From positions 123,986,822 through 124,042,802 of the forward strand of contig NC_068982.1 in NCBI RefSeq assembly GCF_001194135.2: DNA of 55,981 nucleotides, read 5' to 3'. Under the pieces are notes generated by a model that did no database searches, was not told the DNA's origin, and worked only from the letters and a program-made list of their open reading frames with translations. A program made the translations under genes and the position numbers. The stretch comes from Octopus bimaculoides (Eukaryota). The stretch's first letter is position 1. Each line of letters starts with the position of its first letter. Positions 47,050 through 55,981 of this stretch are shown here, one piece after another.

Positions 47050-49387
47050 CATTGGTCTCAAACTTAAGGACACAAAAGAACCCTTGGGGAAGAAGTACAG
47101 TGGGCCAAAAGTGAATTGGGGTGGTAGGCTGATATTTATTTATTCATCAAAATGAATATGCATGATAGTAAGTGGGATATGTGAATTAGTAGAAAATGTG
47201 AATTGGAATAATATTTTTTTTTTAATATTTCTTTACTGACTTATATGGAAAGTAAAATAGTCATAATCACCTTCATTTGATCCAAACCAGTTTATCTTGA
47301 ATATGATTTCTGGCAGCATTTTGCAACAACCCAGCCTCAACATGGATTGTAAATGTTCATTGGTCTTGAGTGCAATGCTGATTTATTTATTTTCATTGTT
47401 GAGAAAAACTACTCACAAATGTATATGCATCCAAATGTGGCCAGAATTTGCCAAGATGAGGCAAACAATATGGGAAATATCTCACTTGGAAGAAAGTAGT
47501 AGAAATCAGAAACACCAACCTTTACATATTTCTGCTTTCATGTAGTATGGTGCTGAAATTCCACCAACTCTATCAGAAATAGTATCGACATCCACAGTCA
47601 GTGGAGTAGGTAGCAAAAATCATAATTACTTTTCTAATGATAAAAAGGCTTGGAAATGCCAGTCAAAGTCTGCATGTAGTTTTAAAATTATATTGGCATA
47701 TTCTTTCAAGTAAGGTGGTTCAACCTTTTTAAATGCAAGGCCATGAAGTGAACTAAGTTCCTGCTAGCAAACTCCTTTGCTCATATCAAAAGCTTACACT
47801 CAAAAGACTTCATGCTGTTGTACGTCATTGTTATAACCAGCTTTGAGCCCTGGAGTTTCGAGTTTAGAGCGTAAAGATGGTCATTCAGATCAGTGAGTAA
47901 AGCAAGCTTTACAAAGATTAGATCATTTGAATGCGGTTTTTCTGTTTTATTACCAAAAAGCAATCCAATTTCTTTCAAAACAAAAAAAAAAAAATCTCTT
48001 CTAAACAGTCCCCCAACAGAACCACCTTACTTTTGATTGAAACAAAAGCTCTCCATATTCACCATCCATAGTCGTTAAAAAAAAGACATGAACAGTTGGT
48101 GGCTAAGAGCTCTTGCCTGCAAGTACTTGGTTTTTACAACCACAGCCATGTTTTCCATCTGTAGCCTTTTTTAACACTGTGCCTCTTGGTGCAGAATGTA
48201 ATGGCTAGCTGAGATAAGCACACTAAGCCTGTTCAGCTTTTCTTTAAAAGGACTTACAAAAACCCACCTTTCCAGAACACATTGCAGATGCACAATCTGT
48301 TGCCATTGACACAAATTTTATCCAATTCAATCCTGCACACTCGATGCTCTTTTCTAGTTCCCTAAATATATCTCACCCCATTACTATTTCCTTCAGTGAT
48401 AGTAAATCCAATATTTTTCAGAGATACTGAAATTTTTGTCAACTCTTCTCGTCAAGACAGGACAGTAAGTTGTAAACAAGTGCAATAAAAATTCTTCAAG
48501 GAACTTCAGCAGCAGTAGCCAAATGCTGGTAATACAGCTGGCAACAATATTAGGAGATAGGCTACTGATTTCAAACATTTTTCTTTTCTTCAGACAGAGG
48601 ATTTCACTAGCTTGTAAGAGACAATCTTTAATAAAATTACCTTTGTCATGATTTTTCCATCATTTCCCTGAGAGCAAAACTTGCTCTTATAACATTTTCA
48701 CTTTTGTTCAAGTTGAAAAAAGAAAAAAAACTTGCCTCAAAAGAGGTCTTCAACTACTCTCCCTTTTCTTCCCAGTTAATGCATTATACAGATCACTCTA
48801 TGCTGTTTCATAACGTCTCCTTATCTTATATTCTTTTTTGTACAGTAATATTATGCAGATATATCAAACATTTAGCTCTGTTTCAAAATACAAATATTCC
48901 CATTTTTCTTGAAAACCTCAGTTCTCCTTTTCTTTGATACTGACATTTTAAAAAAAAGATCTTAATCATATGGTTGACTAAAATACATACTTCTTCAAAA
49001 TTTCTGTTTAACATTCCACTCTTGAATATTTTCTATGATTTTGTTTGAGTGTGTTAGTTGTCTGTCATCTTAATCACTCCTCCACCACAAAACGTCTTAA
49101 TGTAATCATGTTCTGAGTAAGAATGTTTTTTTAAATGTATATGAAATTGAATACCTATTTCTACTTTTCAACTTGAAGTGAAGGTAACAGAAAATATTAA
49201 GAAACATTCTATCCTTCCCCAGGGAGAAACATGGTCAGATGCTGGTTAATCTTAAAGTGATTGTATGGAAGAGGCAAGGGACAAATTACTAAGTTTTAGG
49301 AAAGTACTGGTTACAAAAATGGTCCTGCTGCAAGCCATTGAAAAGTAGTTTGTGGTTCATGCATGCCCCATGTTTTTGAGATCCCTG
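47050..49387 (-). mobile_element. Decayed full-span hAT (Charlie/SPIN-like) transposon, 2338 bp
   Basis: TIRs cattggtctcaaact / reverse complement cagggatctcaaaaac; TSD GACTAAAA / GACTAGAA; minus-strand transposase remnants FVSMATDCASAM, HYILHQEAQC, LALLTDLNDHLYALNSKLQG. Confidence 0.85.
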
Positions 49388-49929
49388 GACTAGAACCTTG
49401 TTTATTTCAATATTTTATATAGTCAAACACATGTGGATTAGTGCATTGAGAACCAGTTTCTTATCATCTGTTCAAGATTCACTCATTTTTTATATAATCG
49501 CTTACAATATTGAGTTCCAGTTTATTCTCTTCCAGACTCTACTGGATTTTAGCATGTCCGATCTTTAGGCCTTTGACTAAGCCACTCTCCTAGCTCACAA
49601 AGCAAACTTTTTTTTTTTGTTTTGTTTTGATTTTTTCTGCAGCATTTTCTATGTACAGCAATTTTTACTATTTAGGCAGCACTGATTCCAAAGACTGTTC
49701 TGATTCTAACATAGAATAAGTTTAGTCTGCTCTAAAGAAATTCTAACTACTTCCTACTTTGACAAATCAATGATTTAGAATGTTTGAATGTTCAAGTTAT
49801 TCTAAGCTGATGTGTATATATGCGAGTCTGAGAGTGCTGATGTAATATGCCTCAGTAAAATATGTACCATGAGTAAATGCTAAACAGCAATTATCAGTTA
49901 AGAAGACTTCATTGGTGGTTGTTGATGTT

Positions 49930-50400
49930 TACCTCCCCGTCAATCCGAAATTACCTATAATCAAAGGTATTGAAACGGCCTTTTTTCCAGGAACTAGCAA
50001 TTGAAGACCGTATCATTTAAAGTGTCTTCCTTTTTATTCCTTTAGATAGCAGGGTGTGATTTGTTGGTTTGGCTACTATTTCTAGCAGATTGTCAGAGTT
50101 TTTGCTTGGTCACTCAGAGGACCATACATTTATGTGGTTGAAGTTTGTCATATGTAAACGTGACCAAAGAATATGTCCCCAAAGAAGATCGCCAAAACCA
50201 TTTTTTTTAATGGGATCATCCCAAAATTGTGACTGGATTGACGCAAAAATGAAAAAAAATCGATCTTGCAAAAATGGTATGGATGGGAGACAACTCATGA
50301 CAAACCGCAATAACATATCTTTCCACAAACCACAAAACTCCAGGAGACCGCTCACTACTCAACTGATTTCTTAAAGCGTTTAAGAGAAATTGTTTATATA
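49930..50400 (-). mobile_element. Possible degraded DNA-transposon fragment
   Basis: CpG-richer, complex sequence; minus peptide ...HILWSRLHMTNFNHINVWSSE is loosely Tc1-like; not confidently assignable. Confidence 0.25.
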
Positions 50401-51869
50401 CACGTTTACAGGAATAGTTATTACTGACAATCCTTAGCTGCTTTCAGCTGAGGAAGTCAAAGCAATAATACTCCTCAAAAACTAAAGATACTCACAATCC
50501 AGATAAGGTAACTGGGTCAATTATTGATTCTACTTCGTTTAAGAGGTTAACAATAATTATCATTCAACGTCCGTTTTCCATGCTGGTATGAGTTGGACGG
50601 TTTGACAGGAGCAGGAAACTCAAAGGGCTGCACCAGGCTCCAGTCGTCTGTTTTGGCATGGTTTCTGTGGTTGGATGCCTTTCCTAACACCAACCACTTT
50701 TCAGGTTGTACTGGGTGCTTTTTATGTGGCACCAACATGGAGCTTTTTACATGATGCTGTCTGTAATAAAGTTCCAAACCAGAGATATCATTCAGAGAAA
50801 AACTGATTAAATTTTTTTATATTTCAATCATTTCCTTATCCACTTGCACCTGAATTTGTTAAAATATTAGATTACATGTTTTACATGAAAAGTCTTAAGG
50901 CTATATGTAATATTTATTTATGTTCTGGTTTTGGCACAAAGCCAGTCATTTTTTTGAAAGGAAGAGGAAATTAATAACATCAACCCCTATACCCATTATC
51001 ATCATCATCGTTTAATGTCCATCTTCCATGCTAGCATGGATGAGACGGTTCCACAAGAGCCAGCCAGGCCAAAACCTGCACCAGACTTCTGTGACTGTTT
51101 TGGCAGGATTTTTACAACTGGATGTCCTTCCTAACACCAACCACTCAGTAGAGTGGGCTTAGTGCTTTTTACGTGGCACAAGCACCAGCAAGGTCAGTTT
51201 TGGCAAGGTTTTTACAGATGGATGCCCTTCCGAACACCAACCATTTTACAGTGTGGGCCGGGTACTTTTAAGTGGCACCTGCACTGACAGGGTCACCAAA
51301 TACTTGCAAGACAACAAAAAAAAACCTTTTAAGAGGGGAGGAAGCATTAGAGGAGGTAATGGCGAAAAGGTTATAGTGGGACAGATACAGGAAGTACAAG
51401 GTTACCCGGTTGGAGAGAGAAAGATCAAGAATGAAGACAGAAAGAGGTGTGCTACCACAAAGAAAATAGTTGCCCAACCTGAAGGAAGAGCAGTAAAAGG
51501 AAAGAGAGTGGGAGACAGCAGGATAGAGATGGTGGCAAAATGACGGGTATACTCACAAGGAACAGGGATCAGAATATAAATGGGATGATTCAGTAAAAGA
51601 AGAGAGAGATAAAGATGGTGGCAAGTGCTGGGGCATACTCTTGAGGTTCGATGCCATAATATAAGTGGCAGGATATTGCGAAGGGAGTGTGATTAAAGAG
51701 TGCAAGTAAGTGGTGAAAGACCTGAGAATATATAGAGTTGGAGGGGCTACCGGATAGCAATGATACAGAGGAACAGGGGTGTGAGGACAGAATTGGGGAA
51801 TGAGAGCTAGGCATAGTGTATGGAGGAGGAAATGTGAGAAAGAGATGTAGACTGGTTTGTTGGGTACCC

Positions 51870-52002
51870 AAATGGTACTTATTTTATCAACTCCAAAAGG
51901 ATGCAAAGCAAAATCAAATTTGGTAGAATTTGAAATCTGAACAGGAAAAAATGCCACTAAGCATTTTATCAGATGTGTTAACAATTCTGCCAGCTTGCCA
52001 CT

Positions 52003-52040
<38 letters not shown>

Positions 52041-52200
52041 TATAGGCACAAAGCCTAAAATTGAGATGGGGGTGGGGGAATAGTTAATTACATCAACCCC
52101 AGTGTTCAACTGGTACTTATTTTATCGACCCATGGAAGGATGAAAGGCAAAGTCGACCCTAGCAGAATCTGAACTCAGAATGTACAGCTTCAAGAGCTGC
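51870..52200 (-). mobile_element. Two family-A SINE fragments joined by (TAA)n
   Basis: Reverse complements of aataagtacc...ctttgcatcc and gagttcagattctgctagggtcgactttgcctttcatcc; (TAA)n at about 52005-52041. Confidence 0.75.
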
Positions 52201-53030
52201 AATTATTAAAATACCTAATAACCATTCATATAGCATAGGCTAGTGACTATAGTGTTTGTCCCAAGATAACACCTCATATGGACTTGTTCAGTTAAAAATA
52301 CAGCAAATATCAGAGAGAGAGGAAAATTCATCTTAGCAGCAGCTAGCAAAAGTTCCAGAAGCATTTCAGCCTTATCAATGGTGTGTACTTGCAACAGCCA
52401 TGTGCTTGAAAAAGAATTTGTTGTTTTGATATAAGAAAGTGTGAATAGATGATGAATTGCCATTCAAGTACATGCCATCATAAACACTAAAATGCATCTG
52501 GTGTTCTCACTGGCCACTGCTCGGACAAACTGTTGTTTCTCTGATATTGTGTTTTTAACACAGAAAATCTATAAGAGATGTTATCTCAGGATAAATACTG
52601 CAGTAACTAGCCTATCAACAATGTATATACATTAAGTATGATACATAGATGGCTATTTTAATAACATACTGCCTCAACTGCATCTACTGAAAATAACAAT
52701 GAATTTTGAAATTATAATAAACAAATATTAAATATTTTAAAAATCTCCTTTAAAATAAAATAAATAATGGAAGTACAATGCAATGAAAAATAATTTACAA
52801 AATTTCATTTCAACGGTATATTTTTTTTTAAAAAATAATATCTTACAACAAACTCTTTAATTCATAGAAAATCTTGCTTCTTTTCTCTGTATGTGTTTGC
52901 TTGTGTGTGTATGTTGGTGTGTGAATGAGAAAGGGAGAGGGAGAGAGTGGTGAAGAAATTAAGATTGAATTTCTTGAAATTTACTTTCTAAATACAGATC
53001 TCAAAAATATATACTTTTAACTTAAGATAT

Positions 53031-53310
53031 TCATGTATTAAGAGACTTTAAAAAGGTGTCTAAGTTGTACTCAGATTCATACTGTTTCTCATCCCACAAG
53101 TCTCCAAGACTGTCTAATATGGAACGAATACTTTCTTGCTGGTTAACATGCTTCTTATTTTTTAAGTCTTTAGAATTAACTTTGTCAGGGTCTCTTTGAT
53201 TGACATCCAAAATAAATAAATCTAAGAGTTGATCTGTGCCCATTGTTCGCAATGTTGAATTGTCCTGGCTGATCACTGTATTAGCTATTGTCATCTTGAA
53301 CTTCTGCAAT
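53031..53310 (-). CDS. BTAF1: BTAF1 last coding exon
   Basis: Minus strand tttacag|A TTG CAG AAG (phase 2 matches); LQKFKMTIANTVISQDNSTLRTMGTDQLLDLF...LGDLWDEKQYESEYNLDTFLKSLNT* is the characteristic BTAF1 C-terminus. Confidence 0.96.
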
Positions 53311-53467
53311 CTGTAAATGAAATGAACACATTGCAAAAATTAAAATTCTACAATATAACAAAAAAAAAAAAAAAAAAAGGAAACAGGAAAAACTTTTTAC
53401 TCATTCAAATTTAAAATATTCTCTGAAATATTTATGATTATAAATTATTCTATAACTATTAATACAT

Positions 53468-53852
53468 TGTTGTTGGCACTCCATCGCTTATGACATTGAG
53501 GGTTCCAGTTGATCCGATCAACGGAACAGCCTGCTCATGAAATTAACGTGCAAGTGGCTGAACACTCCACAGACACGTGTACCCTTAACGTAATTCTCGG
53601 GGATATTCAGCGTGACACAGTGTGACAAGGCTGACCCTTTGAATTACAGGTACAACAGAAACAGGAAGTAAGAGTGAGAGAAAGTTGTGGTGAAAGAGTA
53701 CAGGAGGGTTCGCCACCATCCCCTGCCGGAGCCTCGTGGAGTTTTAGGTGTTTTCCCTTAATAAACACTCACAACGCCTGGTCTGGGAATTGAAACTGCG
53801 ATCCTATGACCGCGAGTCCGCTACCCTAACTACTGGGCCATTGCGCCTCCAC
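53468..53852 (-). mobile_element. Young full-length tRNA-derived SINE (family C) with 10-bp TSD in the last BTAF1 intron
   Basis: Head ggaggcgcaatggcccagtagttagggtagcggactcgcggtc...gtttcaattccc; many CpGs retained; ATTAATACAT at 53458-53467 and 53853-53862. Confidence 0.92.
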
Positions 53853-54257
53853 ATTAATACATATATATGCTGTATATTTACTGAGATTATTTGCAAACAT
53901 TTAGTATAATTCTTTCCACTTTAGGCACAAAGCCTAATATTAGAGGATGGGTGCTAATGCTAACTGGTAATTATTTTATCAATCCTGAACTGATGAAAGG
54001 CAAAGTCAACCTTAACAGAATTTGAACACAGAATGTAAAGCCAAACGAAAGTCTGCAAGACATTTTGTCCGGCATACTAACAATTCTGCCAGCTCACGGC
54101 TTCACAAACATCTATTACAATAAATGAGTTTAAGAAAGTATGTAGATTTCTGAGTATCAAATACTTTGGACTTGATATATAGCATTTAATTTTAAGAACA
54201 AATTTGTAAAATCATTGAGTTTTAAATTAAATTTCATGAAAGAAAACTAAGACTAAC

Positions 54258-54349
54258 CCCATAATTTTCTCTTCAAGAGTTCCTCTAGTAATTAACCGAT
54301 AAACATTAACAACTTTTTTCTGGCCAATTCTGTGTGCTCTGTCCATTGC
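54258..54349 (-). CDS. BTAF1: BTAF1 (TAF172/Mot1 SNF2 ATPase) penultimate coding exon, helicase motif VI
   Basis: Minus strand ttttgcag|GCA ATG GAC ... ATG GG|gttagt; [31 protein letters not shown]; absent from the ORF track. Confidence 0.95.
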
Positions 54350-54999
54350 CTGCAAAAATATTAAGAAAATACCTGAGAACTCACTGAAACTAAATAATTA
54401 CTTATACAAAATGATTTTTCAAAAGGTGCAAGTATAAATTTACTGAAATTCTCTGATTTAGTGATAAATCATTGGGTTAACCTTTATTTGAATGGCATTA
54501 AAAGTGCAACTTAATGATTTTATTAACAGTACAAGAGATATCATTGTCGTCATCATCATCATCATCATATTTGCTTTTCTATAGTGGCAGTGTTTTACAT
54601 CCAGACACCTTCCCTGATGTCAATCCCTACATTTTTTTCAATATCAAACCACTGAGCCTCAGGATTTTTTGCAGCTCAATGGTACATAAACACCATTGGT
54701 GCTGCTGCAAAAATACATGGAGATCAACACACTCCTGTGGAGGGCTTTTCATTGGGTCTTGAGCCCAATAATGACACTTTATGCATTGAGTACATATTAA
54801 ATTTTATTAAACTTGACCAATATTTTTCAAGCAATGAACAATTTTCGTCAAAACAATGAAATAAATATGTCGATCTGGAACTTATTGCAAAGCTTCGTGA
54901 TAAACATTTTTTGTCTTCCCATTCAGGGGTTAGTACAATATTTGTTTCTGTCTAACCTCTTTCTTACTTTCTCTCTGTCTTTCTTTTGATTGTTTTCAA

Positions 55000-55270
55000 C
55001 CATCACCATCACCAGTACCACCATCATCGCCGCCACAACTGCCATACATACACCATTCAGACTTTTGATGCCACCACCATCAACACCTTTGACTTTGCTG
55101 CTTTCCCCTCCACTACCATCACTACTGTCTTTCACATCCCTTACTATCACCGTCATGCTTGACTGCCTCAGCTACCACCACCACCACCATCACCTCTATC
55201 ACAACTACAGCTCATATTATCACTATTACCCCATTACCATATCAATTGTCAATCTACTACCACCCTCACC
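55000..55270. repeat. (CAC/CAT/TAC)n low-complexity tract
   Basis: Direct reading; a mirror-type (GGT)n tract is at 23395-23515. Confidence 0.85.
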
Positions 55271-55578
55271 GTCTCTATGCCTACTATTATTCTCACCCCA
55301 GCAAGAGGAGTAGAAGTGTCATTAAATAGTGAGAAAGGGGGGTCAATGTGTGACACACTGACACACAGAAATTCGTTTTGGCATTTATTATTATAGAAGA
55401 TTCAAGAGGTACCAAAAATTTTGTACACAATCAGTTGCCCAGTTTAATATCAATGCCTGGCTTTTGGGTGCCTTCAGCAGAGTCCACTCTGTTACAAGCA
55501 TTCAAGACCAGGCCTCCACTTTCATTCTGTCCCTTCCTCTCAGGTGCCCTGAAAATAATCATGGGTACTTCCTTGAGT

Positions 55579-55981
55579 GTGGTCGATGCCAGTGCCGCCT
55601 GACTGGCTTCCATGCCAGTGGCACATAAAAAGCACCATTCAAACGTGGTTGATGCCAGTGCTGTCTGACTGGCTCCTGTGCCAATGGCACGTAAAAACCA
55701 CCATTCGAGCATCATCGTCATCATCAACATCGTTTAACGTCCGCTTTCCATGCTAGCATGGGTTGGACGATTTGACTGAGGACTGGTGAAACCGGATGGC
55801 AACACCAGGCTCCAGTCTGATTTGGCAGAGTTTCTACAGCTGGATGCCCTTCCTAACGCCAACCACTCAGAGAGTGTAGTGGGTGCTTTTACGTGTCACC
55901 CGCACGAAAACGGCCACGCTCGAAATGGTGTCTTTTATGTGCCACCCGCACAAGCCAGTCCAGGGGCACTGGCAACGATCT
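55579..55981 (-). mobile_element. RTE-tailed retroposon with 66-nt tandem units
   Basis: catcatcaacatcgtttaacgtccgctttccatgctagcatgggttggacg...; units gtggt(c/t)gatgccagtg start at 55579 and 55645. Confidence 0.75.

Noticed and set aside
51253-51984. Overlapping 96-143 aa ORFs in purine-skewed sequence
   Set aside because: They lie in the body of a retroposon-associated low-complexity region; long frames are expected from the strand skew, and no domain is recognisable.
54400-55981. Search for a further upstream BTAF1 exon (expected ...HDWNPMxDLQ)
   Set aside because: No matching frame was found; the exon presumably lies beyond the window.

Overview
This is AT-rich eukaryotic genomic DNA dense in microsatellites and SINEs, with six N gaps. 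The repeat families and gene content point to an octopus or other coleoid cephalopod (inference). The + strand carries the 3' part of a hemicentin (HMCN1-like) gene, which I reconstructed by hand as 21 GT-AG coding exons from 2475 to 44608. They join into one open frame of about 1080 aa: 5 TSP1 repeats, a G2F domain, 7 cbEGF, a linker, 2 cbEGF and a fibulin-type C-terminal domain ending in TGA. The ORF track misses most of these exons. The - strand carries the last two coding exons of BTAF1/Mot1 (54258-54349 and 53031-53310), convergent with hemicentin. Introns and the intergenic region hold tRNA-derived SINEs, RTE and CRE-like LINE fragments, mariner, Tc1 and hAT remnants, MITEs, a solo LTR, foldback elements and microsatellites. 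I see no clear evidence of a wholly new multi-gene system. The best leads are: (1) a degenerate Penelope-type minimal hammerhead fold at 905-953; (2) an apparently extra EGF exon whose splice acceptor is built from a repeat fragment plus (ATT)n; (3) a relic copy of an exon end with its donor site; (4) a candidate alternative last exon; (5) a SINE family that repeatedly inserts at AATATT; (6) long intronic hairpins and inverted repeat pairs that could be dsRNA or ADAR substrates. Repeat boundaries are approximate unless TSDs or TIRs are quoted. Comparisons with human proteins and TE families are from memory and were not aligned computationally.
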